DNA of 64,000 nucleotides from Plasmodiophora brassicae (Eukaryota): NCBI GenBank assembly GCA_036867785.1, contig CP145421.1, positions 1 to 64,000 of the forward strand, read 5' to 3'. Shown piece by piece: positions 10,740 to 24,054 of this stretch (position 1 is its first letter; each line of letters starts with the position of its first letter). The notes under the pieces were generated by a model. It saw only the letters and a program-made list of their open reading frames with translations, ran no database searches and was not told where the DNA came from. The position numbers and the translations under genes were made by a program.

Positions 10740-13700
10740 ATGGCTGCCACGTCAGCGTTAACTGTGACACAGGTCATTGCCGGCGTCGTCGACTATCGCA
10801 TAACATCGCTGGCCTGCTGGCGTACGGTACCGACGACAGAATGGGCAGGGGCGTCCCGAGTGTTAACGTTGTGTGTGTGTGTGCGCGCCTGTGTAGACGA
10901 CAAGGTAGTGGCCGGGTGCCATGACGGGAGCCTGCGCGTGTTCGCGCGCGGAACGGGCGCCGGACGCGCCGAATTCCACCCCATCTTCACGAAGGCGGCG
11001 TTCGCCCCGCGCCCCATCGACAGCGTCGTCATCATCGACCCGGTCGACGTGATCGTGTCGATCAGCGACGCGGTCTGCAGCGTCCACGACCTGGCCAGCT
11101 TCGCCCAGGTCGACACGCTGGACACGGGCGGTGCGGCGCCATCCCCGTGTGCATATATGGCACGCCGCCCTAATACGCCTTCCCGCAGGTTCACGCTGCG
11201 TCTCGCTGGCCGTCAACGCGTCCTGCCGGCAGCGGGCCGGCGCCGGGCCGCTGCCGCACCCGTTCCTGATCGCGGTCCTGTCGCGATCCAAGTTGCACGT
11301 CTACCAGTGGAAGGGACCGCACCTGCGCTTCCAGACCGTCAAGGCGTTCAACCTGCAGGCGGACCGCGTCACCGACGTCGAGTTCATTCATGACACAGGT
11401 GGACATCGCCGTACCGACCATGGGAACGCCCCTCCCTGCTGACTGACTGACGTACGTGCGTCGTAGCGGTCTGCCTGGCGTTCCGGAACCGGTACGAGGT
11501 CCTGCACCTGGACACTGGCCTCGTCGACGAGTTCGCGCGGATCCCGGCGGACGATGCGTCGGCGGCGCCATCGCCGTCCCTCTACAGGAGGACAGGGCCG
11601 CAGCGACGATCGTGTTGTGCCGCGACGCTTCTGGATCGGGGCACGTCCACCGCGCTGGTCGCCGTCGCCGTCAACAGCACAGCGCACCTGTACACCATGA
11701 CGGGCAATGTAGATTGTCGTGCTGACGGTGGCGGGACAACAACGCACTGAGATGGGGGGCACCCCGCTTGTCAGGCGGCGCCCGTGGCCGTCCCCGAGAA
11801 GACGTTCGCTGTCGATCGGCCCATCGTCGGCCTGGTCCTCATGCGCCCGATGATCGTGCTGCTCACCCAGGTCGGGTTTCGTGGGTTTGTGCACGGCTTC
11901 GTCAGCGATGCGAACGATCGCATGCACAGGATCGCATTCACCCGTTCCATATGGAGGTGGACGGGTCTGCGGCAACGTTCCGTTCGGTTTCGTTCCTCGA
12001 CGGGTTCGCTCTGCACAGCAACGCCAGCGAGATGGCGTTCGTCGCGTCCGATTCCGCCATTGCGTTCCTGGAGCGCGTCCCCGATCAAGGTTGTCGTGTG
12101 CGCGCACACGGGCGCCTCGCCCATGCACCACCTGACTTGTACGGTCCATAGACCTGGCCGAGGACCTGTGCCGCACGCGACGATTCGAGGCGGCCGTCGC
12201 TGTGCTGCGTTCGCCCGGGCGCGACCCCGACGTCACCGGCGGCCAGCTGATGAGCGCCCGGGAGCGGGACCTGGCGCGCGTCTACGGGCAGTACGCCGAC
12301 GACCTGTTCCAGAGCGGGCGGTACGCCGCGTCGTTGAAGGCGTTCCAGCAGTCGGATGTCGACCCCAGCACCGTCCTGACCAGGTTCAACGGTCTGTCCT
12401 CCGACGCCATGTGCGACCAGGTACCCCGTTTGGATGCCTGATTGTCGTACGATGTCGTCGTCATTGTGTGTGCAGACGGTCGCCGCCCTGATGCCGTACC
12501 TGTTGCACCTGCGAAGCCGCCTACCGAGGCAACAGCCACCATCGTCGGCGGCGCCCCTGACGTCGGCCGATTTCGCCGTCGTCGTCGACACCATGCTGCT
12601 GCGAACGTACCTGAAGGTGGGCACCCGCAGACGCGGGTTGTACATGTCATGGACGCGTGGCTGATCACGTATCGGAAGGCGGATCGTCGTCTGGTGATCC
12701 CGTTCCTGTCGCAGTCGCCGTTAGTGGATGTCGATCAGGCGGCGGCCGCGTTGACGTCGGCGGGGCAATTCGACGCGTTGCTGTTCCTGTATGAGTCCAG
12801 GGCCATGCACGACAGGGCCCTGTCGTTGCTGCAGGGGCTGGCCGACTCCACGACGGGCACGCTGTCTGGGACGCTGCCCACCATCCACTATCTGCGGCGA
12901 CTCATGGACGAGGATGCCATCCACCATTGGGACCTGATCCGGCGGCACGCCGTCTGGGCCCTGGATCGCGACCCGATCACCGCCGCCGTCAAGATCTTCG
13001 CCTACCACCACCGCCGGCGATCCAGCGTCGGGTCCGGCGAGGCGCACAGGACGACTATCGGTCCGACCGCGATTATCGACTACCTGAAGGAGCGCGCCCC
13101 TGTGCAGGCCGCCATTGCGTTCCTGGAGGCGTACATTGCCAATACCGGTGCGACGACGACCAGGCCTGCTGATTGTCGACGGCGTACACGGTCCTGATCG
13201 GGCTGACCCGTGGCAGGGACGACGCTGGCGCCGATCCATAACGAGCTGGCGCACCTGTACATGAGCGCCATACTGCAACCGGGAGCCCCGGTCGATGCTG
13301 GACGGCGCATGCAGGACTTCCTGTGCCGGTGCCAGTACGTCGACCTGCCTGCCCTGCTGCAGGACATGCCAGCGGACAAGGGCGACCTGCTGGCGTCGGA
13401 GCGAGCCGTCGTCCTCCATCGACTAGGACGATCCGACGAGGTCCGCGTTCAACACGGCGTCGCTTGGTGCGTTGTACGTCTGAGCGGCCCGCCAGGCGCT
13501 TCGCGAGCTCGTTGAGCACCAGGGTGCACTGGCGGCCATCGGCTTCTGCAACACGCACGCGCCGTCGTCGGCGACCCGCCTGCACATGTACGATGAACAT
13601 TCGCGCGCTGTACGCCAGCCGGAAACGCGGGCTCACGCTTGAGATGCCCTAATACCTAGGCAACTGCTGCGCGTCTTCCTGCAGCCTGCTGCTGGCGACC

Positions 13701-14178
13701 CAATGATCGAACCCGCTCTGCAACTCCTGCATTCGCACTACAGGTGCTGGAAGGGCTGGGCGTCACGACCTTGTTGATAGGTGCTGACGAATCGCAAACG
13801 CAGGCACCTGGACGCATGCGAGGTGGTGAAGCTTCTCCCGGATACGCTTCCTGTGGACCGCGTCCGCGAATACGTGGAGAAGACGGTCTGCGTTGCGGTT
13901 GGCAGGTCAGCCGTGTCTTGCGCGTCTGAAACGGTGCTTGCTGCCAGGTCGGCCACCACCTGGAAGTGCACCGCAGGAACCAGATCGAGAAGCACCTGTG
14001 CAGGGGTCAGCACCGGCAGGCGCACCTGGACCTGTACGCCCGGCAGCGCCCCCGGGTCGTCGTCGATGGGTGCGGACGCTGCGACTCGTGCGGACAACCC
14101 ATTGCCGACCCGAACGTGGTGGTCGTCAGGTACCCAAGCGGTGCGGTCATCGACTACAAGTGCATGCCGAACCTGTGA
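10740..14178 (+). CDS. Vam6/Vps39/TGFBRAP1-like protein (CNH domain, Vps39 repeats, C-terminal Zn finger), many exons
   Basis: LYESRAMHDRALSLL, TIHYLRRL, LIRRHAVWAL, AIAFLE, IHNELAHLY; C-terminal CDSCGQPI..VRYPSGAVIDYKC. Confidence 0.8.
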
Positions 14179-14292
14179 AGCGCTGGTGTAATATAATATC
14201 GTAAAAGCAGTGGTGGTGGTGGTGGTCGACCCGCCTGCGCGGGTAGGTGCATGCACGGCTCGCTGGCCGAGGGTATATGGTGGGGAGGCACC

Positions 14293-14922
14293 TTACTTGT
14301 CGGCCTGAAGCGACCCCAGCACGCTCGACATGATCTTCTTCGTCATGGCTTTCGGGTCCGGCGTCTGCTGTTTCTGGCTCGACGCCGCTGACGAGCGTTC
14401 GGATGGCCTCCAGTCGTCATCCTTTGAGTACGACGATCGGTCTCGCCGACTACCCGTTCCGGAACGGCCGTCTTCGCCCCGGCCACGTTGCTGTCGGCGT
14501 CGCGCCCGCTCGTCCTTGTCGCGAACTTTCAGGTGGCTGCTCTGTTTACCAGACGACCCGCCCGACGCCTTCTTCCCATTGAACTTCCCCTTGGAGGGCA
14601 GGTACTTGTACTTCTTTGCGTCGCCAAACGTCCATTTGGACGGTTTCTTCTTCGCTGGCGTGACGGATGACGTCGACGCCGACGCAGACAGAGACACATC
14701 GTCTTCTATCGAGGAACTCGAGGTAGGCGACGACGACGACGACGACGACGATGTTGACAACGACGATGATGACGTTGACGTTGACGACGACAATGGCGAC
14801 GGCGACGCTCCACCATCAACGCCTTTCCGGGCGATGACGAGGGCGGGGACAACCTCCAGGTCGCTATGCGCGACGTGGGCCAGGCAGAGCGTCGCGGCCA
14901 GGCCCAGCAACAGCCACCGCAT
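14293..14922 (-). CDS. Small secreted Ser-rich then Lys/Arg-rich protein (candidate effector)
   Basis: Signal peptide MRWLLLGLAATLCLAHVAHS; poly-Ser tract; basic clusters (PAKKKPSK); 209 aa. Confidence 0.7.
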   Translation of the reverse strand: MRWLLLGLAATLCLAHVAHSDLEVVPALVIARKGVDGGASPSPLSSSTSTSSSSLSTSSSSSSSSPTSSSSIEDDVSLSASASTSSVTPAKKKPSKWTFGDAKKYKYLPSKGKFNGKKASGGSSGKQSSHLKVRDKDERARRRQQRGRGEDGRSGTGSRRDRSSYSKDDDWRPSERSSAASSQKQQTPDPKAMTKKIMSSVLGSLQADK

Positions 14923-15146
14923 GATCTCGTCCTATAATGATAAATAGAGTGTCGAGGTCGAGCAGGGCCACCTCTGCAGATACCAGTAGTCACCTCCTGA
15001 CGACAGTGTCATGCATCGTGACTCATCACTCGGCTCCAAGGAGGGCGCGCAGGCCGTGGTATATTAGGGCGCGGTGGCATATAGATGCGCGACGGAGTCC
15101 GTGGACGGCGTTGCCGGCGCTCGCCGACAGATCTGTGTCTGCAGCG

Positions 15147-15490
15147 ATGGCGAAGCGCACGAAGAAGGTCGGCATCACCGGCAAGTACGGCACGCGTTAC
15201 GGTGCGTCGCTGCGCAAGCAGATCAAGAAGATCGAGGTGTCGCAGCACGCGCGCTACACGTGCTCGTTCTGCGGCAAGGATACCGTCAAGCGGGCCGCCG
15301 TCGGCATCTGGAACTGCGGCGGCTGCCGCAAGGTGCTCGCCGGTGGCGCCTACACCGTCAGGTAATTGGGCGAAACGTATGCACGTGTGGATGCGCCCCT
15401 CGCTGATCGCCCGCTATGATCAGCACGTCCACCGCCCTGACTGTACGCAGCACGATCCGGCGCCTGCGGGAAATGAAGACCAAGGCGTAG
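15147..15490 (+). CDS. RPL37A: 60S ribosomal protein L37a (eL43)
   Basis: [24 protein letters not shown]...CSFCGK...WNCGGC; intron 15362-15423; last exon [20 protein letters not shown]. Confidence 0.97.
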
Positions 15491-15803
15491 ACGACGGCAC
15501 ATGCGAGGACTGTCGATGTGAAACCCAAACGATTCTTATACATCCCGACGACACGCGTATTCCGTATATGCCAACGTGCTTCCCGCCATGATGTCGGCGT
15601 CAGATCGTTCGTGTAGACACCCTGGGTAGCGCAACGGGACGACGATGTCACTGACACGTCGTTGCTGGCCCGCGGCGCCGTTAATGGCCGGGAGCCGTCC
15701 GCGTTCATGTGTGGCGGCGGCCGCGACCCGGTACTGGGACTGGGTCCCCGCTGTGCCCCGCCTGCCGGTCGTCGTCGATATTCGTCGTCGTCTACCGGGC
15801 CCG

Positions 15804-18525
15804 ATGATCGCGGTGCTGCCCGGGATCCTGCGACGATGGCTGTCGGCCCGGTCGGGCGGCCTGTTCGGCGTGCCGGGCCTGGCCGACCCCAGCGGGTTCG
15901 CCAGGGTCGCCGACGACGCCATCGGCCGATGCCAGACGCTCGTCGGCATGCTGCGACGCCACGCTCTGTAGGATCGCGATCCGTCGAGACGTCCCCTCAC
16001 ATCCCGTCGTTTGACGTGTCTGCGTCACCAGGCCGTCGCAATCGCTGTCGATCATCGACCAGATCTCGGTCGAATGCTGCCGGGCCGCTGACGTTGCCGA
16101 GCTGTGCCGGCATGTCCACCCGAACCCGTCCTGGTACCGCCGCCCTTCCTCGTTTCACGTGTGCGTTTACGCGTCCGTACTGACGGGGCGGGGGCCCTCG
16201 TCGTTGCAGGCGGGCAGCGGCCCAGGCTGCCCACGACCGCATGTCCCGTTACCTGGCGCAGCTCAACACCAACGTCGCCATCTACGACATCCTGCTGAGG
16301 TACTCCCGGGACGGTACGCCCCGTCACGTCGTCTCATTGCGTTGGGTTGTCGGTCGGGGGGCGACAGCTGCGCCCGCAGCCCGCTGGCGTCTCGCGAGGA
16401 ACGTCGCCTGGCGCAATCGCTGCTGCAGGACATGGCCGAGACGGGCATCGGGCTCGATGCGGATCGGGGCGCCCAGCTGCGTCGGCTCGGGCGCCGCATC
16501 GACGACCTGCAGACGGCGTTCTACGCCAACCTGCAGGGCGTGTGCAACCAGACCGCGTTCATCGAGCAGCGCTTCCCGTCGCAGGCGATCGCCGTGACGC
16601 CCGGCAATGCCGGGCACCTGCTCCGGCACCTGACCGATGCGGGCGCGCGCAGGCGCGTCTACCAGTTCGCCAACACGCTCGCCGGCGACAACCTGCCGGT
16701 CATTGAGGCACTCGCGCGCGCCCGGTTGCAGTACGGGCGCCTCCTGGGGCACCCGTCGTTTGCCCACCTCAGACTGTATGTCGCGGGTGTCACGTGCCGC
16801 CCGGGCGTTCCACCACTGACGCGTGCGGCGACGCAGGTCGACGATGCTGGGCCAGCATCCGGATCGAATCGCGGACCTGCTCGACGAGCTCACCGCCAGG
16901 CTGGCGCCAAAGGCACAGGTCGGCGCTCGCTCGTTGCCGTCCGTCGACGACTCTCATGCGCGTCGTGCAGGCCGAAATGGAGGTCCTGCGGCACGTTCAG
17001 GTTGCCATGGGCGACGGCAGGTCGTCGTCCGCCCCTGGTCCTGTCGCTGCCTGGGACGTCCCGTACTATGCCGAGCAAGCCAGGCGCCAGGCGGGCATCG
17101 CGTCGTCCCATCCGGAACGGATCGGCCTGGGTAGGTCGTTCGTCGCTGTCCACGCCCGCACCTGGCGCTGCTGAACGCCTCGTGTTCGCCGCTGCAGGAC
17201 GTGTCCTGTACGTGTTCGACGCCATCCTTCGCAACGTGTTCGGGCTGCGAATCGAAGTGCACGACGTCGTTGACCGCGGCGAACTCCCCCATGCGTCCGT
17301 CCGCAAGGTCGTCGTCCACGAGTGCCGCAACGGTCAGCAGCAGCACTGCCCGATCGGCACCGTCTACCTGGACCTGTACCGACGGCCGGACAAGCTGGCG
17401 CAAGCGGCCCAGTTCACGATCCGACACGGCGCCGGCGGGTCTGAATTGCAATCGTGTGGCGCGTGCGTCCCCGACGCGGCATGCACGCGCTGATCGCTGG
17501 CGTAGGGACCTGCCCGCGGTCGCCATCGTCTGCGCCTTCTCCAGCGACCGTGGCCTAACGCACGGCGAGTGTGTCCAGCTGGCCCACGAGATGGGCCATG
17601 GTCTGCACGCGCTACTGTCCAGGACGACGTACTCGGTGCGGGCCCCCCTCCCGGTTTGCGTCGTTGCGTTCCTGATTCGGCCCTGTAGCATCTCGCTGGC
17701 CCTCGTGGACCGACCGACTTTGCTGGTGCGTGCTGATTCGACCGCCTCGATTGGACGCTGCTCCACAATCATGGCTGACCTGCCCGCAGAGATTCCCTCG
17801 CACCTGCTGGAGCGCTTCATGTGGGACCCCAGGATCGTCTCCATGTTATGCGGTACGGTCGCCGAGGTTGTGCAAGACGTCCTCGCGTTTGGCTCAGTGC
17901 CGCGTGCCTGTGTAGGCGGGTGCAGCGCCTCGTTTCGTGACCACGTCAGCGGTCAGCTGCGCGCCCGGACCCTGTTCGCCGGCCTGGACCTGCAGGCCCA
18001 GGTGGCGTACGCCGCCCTGGACCAGGCGCTGCACGGCGCCGAATGCACAGGTTCGCCTGGCGTGCGATGGCGATCCCCGTTCGCGTTCGTCACCGTCGCG
18101 TCCCGTAGGTTCCCCGGCCCAACTGTGGGAAACGGTTCACCGGCGGCACCTGCCGTACGACTTTGTCCCGGGGACGCATCCCTTCAGCATGCTTGCCCAT
18201 CTGTGCAACTACGCCGCGTGCTACTACAGGTATGCCCAGCACATGCACACACGTGGTCACGTCGACGGCGGCTGAGGTGTCGTCGCCGGCCCACAGCTAC
18301 CTGTACTCGAGAATGATGGCCTCGCACGTCTGGCACGAGTTCTTCGCGCCCGACCCGATGTCGCATGTGGCCGGGCGCCGGTTCCGGGAGCGCTTCCTGG
18401 CGTCCGGGTGCGCACGACCCCCGGCCGAGATCCTCAACGACCTGCTGGACGGCGCGCCGCAGCCCACGATCGACGCCTTTGTCAGGAACGAGGTCGAATG
18501 CCGCCCATCGTCAGTACACGTTTAG
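15804..18525 (+). CDS. MIPEP: Mitochondrial intermediate peptidase (M3 metallopeptidase), multi-exon
   Basis: GLFGVPGLADPSGF, WDVPYY, GTVYLDLYRRPDK..AAQFTIR, AHEMGHGLH (HExxH), EIPSHLLERF, HLCNYAACYY-SYLYSR. Confidence 0.9.
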
Positions 18526-18657
18526 GCAGCCGACGACCGGCTGTTCGGGTCGGAAGACGGTAACCTGGACGACCCCCCGGAACGTGGCGCGTCGTCTTCA
18601 CACAGCTGGCCCGCTGGGTTGTATTAGTTGTCACCCCGATTACGTATGCGGCCGACG

Positions 18658-21600
18658 CTACGAATCCGTCGGGGACGTCGGCGCGTCCCTGAATGTTCTC
18701 GGAGGCGACGACAGCAGAGCGAGCTCCTTGGCGACGCTCCACGACTTCCACATGTCGAGGTTGCCCCGCAGCATCTCCAGGGCGTCGTCGCCGAACTCGG
18801 GGAACGTGGCGCGCAGCGTCTGGAACAGCGGCTGGACGAACATGTTGATGAAGGCGAGCTGGCACTGCGCCATGCAGGGCTGCGACCGGTCCATGAACCG
18901 GGACACGGGCAGGCCCTTGCTGCGCTCGACGTCGCCCTGGTTGTAGAACTCGATCATGATGCGGCGCGCCCACTCGATGGCGATCGGGCGCGGCTTGCAC
19001 GAATTGCTGATGTCGGCGCACTTGATGACCATGGTCAGGATCAGGTTCCGCTCGGCGTCGCCCGCCGCCAGCTTGGCGTCCAGGTTGTCCGGCGTGAACG
19101 TCGCGTTGAACGTCTCCAGGAACTGCTGGTGGTCGACGAGCGACGTCGCCAGGACGAACGAGATGATCTCCTGGCGCAGCTGCTGCCGCTTGCCGGTCGT
19201 CAGCGCCCGCAGGATGTTGTTCCTGTCCATGCGCATGAACCGGAAGGCGGCCGTGCAGTGGAAGTTCTCCAGCACGCGGATGTCGTTGAACAGGATGGCG
19301 CGCTCGTCCTCGATGTTGACCAGGAACTGGTTCGTCTGCCCCGGGTGCCGGTAGTCGTGGATCAGGCACGCGACGACGATCGCCAGCAGGTTCGTGTCGG
19401 TCAGGCGCCCGTCCAGGCGCAGGCGCGACAGCAGGACGTGCATCGTCTGCGTCACGTCGGTCGCGTGCTCGCTGTTGTGGTACGACACGGCCGCCTTGTT
19501 GTACCCGTACTCGATGCCGACCAGGAAGTTGACGAGCGTGTCCGGATCGATGGCGAACTTGTTGACCAGGTCGTACCTGGACGGTTGCAAGCAAGCCAGC
19601 AGCGAATCAGAACGACGCCTGTCCCGGCATCGGCGGCTGGAGGGCGCGCCCTTACCTGTAGAACAGCTCGAACCCGATGGCGTACAGCGGTTGCGCCTGG
19701 GTGCGATCGGCGAACCCGAACAGGTCAAAGTCCCACTGGTCGATGCCGAGGAACAGGACCGGGCCGACGTCCAGCTTCCTGGCTCGTTCGACATGCTCGC
19801 TGATGTCGTCGTCGTCGATGTCGTAGACGCTGCTCATGATCTTGGACATGGCGATCGAGTCCAGCGACGCGCGGCTGCTGTCGACGCCGACGACCGTACC
19901 GGACCGGGCGATCGCCGACGACCTCTTGGTCGACTCCATCACGATCGTCTTCTCCGTGTACGTTAGCGACACGGCGGCGGCGGCCGTCGCCGCCTTGTCG
20001 TCGTCCGGTGCGGTGGCCCCCGGCGCGCCCTTCTTGCTGTCGGGCGACTCGAGCGTCTTGGTCATCGTGTCCAGGACGAAGGCGATCTGGCTGCGGTCGC
20101 TGTCGCCCAGCGCCGGGTTCCTGTGCAGCTCCTGCAGGATGCCGATCGACGTGTGCTGGTGCTGCTTGCCGAACGTCGTCGCCGTCGACAGGGACGAGGA
20201 CGCGCGGCCGGCCTCGGCGAACGCCGGGACGACCTTGCCGGCGTACGACGTCATCGAGCGCTTCGTGTCGTCGCCCGTCGACATGGACACGGACACCTTC
20301 AGGTCGCGCACGTCGTCGGCGTCGTCGTCGTTGTTCATCGACGGCATCAGCACCGTCCTGGACGGCTCGAACGCCATGGCGCTGGCCTGGCGCAGCTCCA
20401 GGACGCTGTCGGCCGCCCCGTTCGTCGTCACTGGCACGACGCCCAGCTTCTTCTGCGAGCGGCGCGCCGACCCGTGGTCCACCTGCGTGGCGGGCACATG
20501 TATCAGTCAGCGGTGGGAAGCAACACGGGCGCGGACCCCCCGCGCAAAACGCGAACAATGCGCAAAAGGCGAACAATGCGCAAAAACGAACAATGGCACT
20601 GCGTGGGGCGGCAGCCACGCAAACTGCGCGACTTGTGCCGCGCCAAAATCAATCCGCACAAAAACAGGGGTCAGCAGGCGTCGTCCTTCGTACCTTGGCG
20701 AGGGACTTGCGCCCGGCGCAGCAGAGCACCCTGGACAGGAACGACCGGGGCAGCGTCGTCGGGACGGGCACGGGGGTTCCGTTGGAGCGCGCGGGGTCGG
20801 GCGCGGCGGCGGCGACGGGCGCGCCGCTGCCGTCGGGGTAGTCGGCGGCCGGGCGCCCGAGGTCGTCCGTGATGATGCGCCGGTGCGTCTTGCCGATGCC
20901 GGTGCGCTGCGACATCTGCGACGGGATGATGGTCGACTTGCGCGCGTTGTTGCCGAACGCCACCGACTGCTCGTCGATCTGGTCGGGGACGGCGCCGGAC
21001 AGGATGACGTGGCGCCCGAGCACCATCTGCTCCTGCTCGACGTCGGCGGCCTCGTGCAGGTGCGCCTCGATGTAGTCGCAGCAGATGCGGTGCAGCTTCT
21101 GCCGCTGCTTGTACAGCATGACCTGGTAGAGGAAGTCGCGCACGAACCCGTAGGCGAACCGGTACGACTTGGCGTCGGCGGCCGCGTCGCCGTTCGTGTA
21201 CGGGATCGTCCGGTCGCCGTCCTCGTCGTAGGCGAGCGCGCCGAGCGGCTCCGTCAGCGACTGGCGCCCGCCGCCGCTCCGGGCGCCGCCGCCGCCGCCG
21301 CCGCCCGCCTGGGGCTCCTCGAGCAGGACGCCGAACTTGATCAGGGCGGCGACGTCGTCGCTGATCTCGCTGACGTACTCGTAGATCGGGTTCGTCAGGC
21401 GCACCATGCCGAGCGGGAACGACAGGGCACCCTCGCCCTGCGCGATGCAGATCACGCTGGCGACCTTGAGCAGCATCGTCTGCGACGGCGTCAGGCGGTC
21501 CAGGTGCGACGCCGTGATCCGCTGGATGCGGTACGGGATCGGGAGCTCGGTGTCCCATTCGCCGCGCGTGATCCACTCGGCCGACAGGTGGCAGGACGCC

Positions 21601-24054
21601 GGCCCCATGACCAGGGCGTTGACGTGCAGCAGCGCCTCGATGAACTTGAAGCAGAAGAGCGGGCGCCCGCCGGTGCGCTCGAAGACGAGCGACGTCAGGC
21701 GGTCGTCGGCGGCGATGCCGTTCAGGCGCGACTGGATCAGGCGGCGGACGTCCTCGGAGCCCAGGTTGCCCAGCTCGATCTGGACCTGCGCCTGCCGCCG
21801 GATGTCGGCGTAGGCGGGCGGCATCGGCTCGAACAGCATGCGGTACTTCTCCTGGTCGATGGGGCGCGTGCCCACGACGACGCCCAGGCGCGGCAGGGCG
21901 CCGCCGGCGACCAGGTCGCACAGGCGGCCCAGGATGCGCCAGGCGTCGGCGCCCATCCACTGGCACTCGTCGAACATGACGACCAGCGGCGTGTGCGACG
22001 TGATGCCGCGCAGGATCAGGACGATGAAGTCGAAGATGACGTCATAGCGGTCGTCGGGGCGCGCCGCCATCATCGCCCGGCTCTGGGCGGTGCCGGGGAA
22101 CTCGGTGCCCAGCAGCGGGTTCAGCACGTCGAGCACGGGGCGCAGGTCGGCCGGGGCGGCCGCCGTCAGCGCCAGCTCCAGCGCCAGGCGGTCGGTGCTG
22201 TCGCACGGGTTGCCGGCGCCCAGCCAGTTCGGGATCGACGTCAGGTTCGCGAACAGCACCTTGAAGACGTGCAGCGACCGTGTCGTGCTGAACGGGTCGG
22301 CCCGGCCCCAGACGATGCGGGCGCGGCCGTCGTACGCGTGCGACAGGTGCCGCAGGACGTGCGTCTTGCCGCTGCCGATCTCGCCCGTCACGAACGCGAT
22401 GAACGGTTCGCCTGTGCAGGGCGAGGGGGGCGCGCCCCGATCAGCACACGTGCCGGCGACGACGACGACGACGGGTCCCACCTGGGCGGTCCGGGTCGAT
22501 CAGCCGGGCGATGCGCTGCGACAGGGCGTCAATGTCGTCGCGGCGCCCGACGGTGAACGGGCAGGCGGGCGGCGACTGGAACCCCTGGACGAGCTTGACG
22601 AGCTCGGCGCGGTGCACGACGACCGTCTCGCTCTTGCCCTTGACGCTGATGGGCGCCAGCGCCGTGAACTGGATGCGGCGCTGCGTCCGGGCGGCCAGGA
22701 ACGTGGCCTGGTCGCACAGGACGTTGAAGTCGGACGCCTGCATGAGCCGGGCGGACAGGTTGACCAGGTCGCCCAGCACCGAGTACTCGCGGCGCGTCCC
22801 GCTGCCGACCAGGCCGCACAGGGCCAGGCCGGACGTCACGCCGATCTTCGACTTCAGGTCGAGGTCGCGCATCGCCTTGGCGATGGCCAGCGACGACAGG
22901 ACGGCCCGCGTCGGGTCGTTCTCGTGCGCCAGCGGCGGCAGGCCGAACACGATCAGCAGCGTGCTGCCCTTGTCGTCGACCAGGAACTTGTTCAGCGACC
23001 CCTCGTACCTGTACGTGGCGTTCTGGATCGACGAGATCACCTTCTGGACGAGCTCGAGCGCGTGGCCGCCGTCCCCGCCGACGTTCTCGTAGTACTCGAG
23101 CTTGAACGCCAGGTTGACGAACACGACCGACACCTGGCGCAGCTCGGCGGACCAGAGCTTCTGGTTGACGCGCAGGTACGGCAGGACGGCCGCCGGCACG
23201 TACATCTGCAGGAGCTCGAGCGACCCCTTCCACTGCAGGGCGGTCCGGCGCACCGAGATGTTCCTGATCGCCGCCGTGCACCCCGTCAGGCGCACGTTGT
23301 GATCGTCGATCTGCGCGCGCACACACGACCCAGCCAGCCGGTCAGCACCTGGGCAGGGACGGGCGGGGACAACACGGGGACGCACCTGGCTGCCCGTGAA
23401 CTTGGTCTCCACCATGCGCCAGGCCTCGATCGACATGATGGCCTCGCCGGGGCTGGCGGCGTGCTCGGCGCGGAACGCCTGCATGAGCGGGGCGCCCGCC
23501 GGCAGGTACTCGATGCGGCCGTGCACGCCGCCGACGTGCATGACCGTGACGCGGCCGACGCCGATGCCCAGCTTCAGCGACATGGTGACGTGCTGCTCCA
23601 GCGTGGCGTTGTGCAGCTCGGTCTGGATGTTCAGCGAGCACGAGGCGGCGCGATGGACCAGGTCGGCGAGGTCGCTCGGCGACGGGTCGGCGGACTCGGG
23701 CGGCCACAGGACGACGATGGCGTCGCCGGCGAACTTGAACACGTCGCCGCCGCTGCGCGAGATGATCTTGACGAGCTGCTCGAGGTACCGGTTCAGGTAG
23801 AAGCCGATCTCCTCGGCGCCGAGCGGGCCCTTCTTGGCCAGCAGGTCGGTCAGCGCGGTGAACCCGCTGACATCGGCGAACAGGGCGACCGTCTCGAACG
23901 ACTGCGACTGCGGCACCTTCAGGTCGCCCGTGTGCTCGATGACCTGCAGGATGTACCGCTTGACGGTCTCGGGGACGAACGACGCCAGCGCCGTCGTGTA
24001 CTTGCGCTGCGACGACAGGTGTCCCACATCGTCCGGCGACGTTGCCGTGCTCAT
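18658..24054 (-). CDS. Soluble-type (ADCY10-like) adenylyl cyclase + P-loop NTPase + class I cyclic-nucleotide phosphodiesterase fusion, 1653 aa
   Basis: Introns 23311-23385, 22412-22481, 20483-20693 and 19577-19655 give 4962 nt with no stop. C1 FADVSGFT/KFAGDA; C2 NKFLVDDKG/EYSVLGDLVNLSARLM; Walker A GEIGSGKT; PDE YHNSEHATDV, HDYRHPG.TN, LENFH, IKCADISN, EFYNQGD. Confidence 0.88.

Noticed and set aside
20540-20600. Three gcgcaaaa..cgaacaat repeats
   Set aside because: Short intronic tandem repeat in intron 20483-20693 with no sign of function
1721-24054. GPCR and cyclase-PDE as one linked pathway locus
   Set aside because: They are 14 kb apart with unrelated genes between them, and sAC-type cyclases are not known to be G-protein regulated; linkage alone is not evidence
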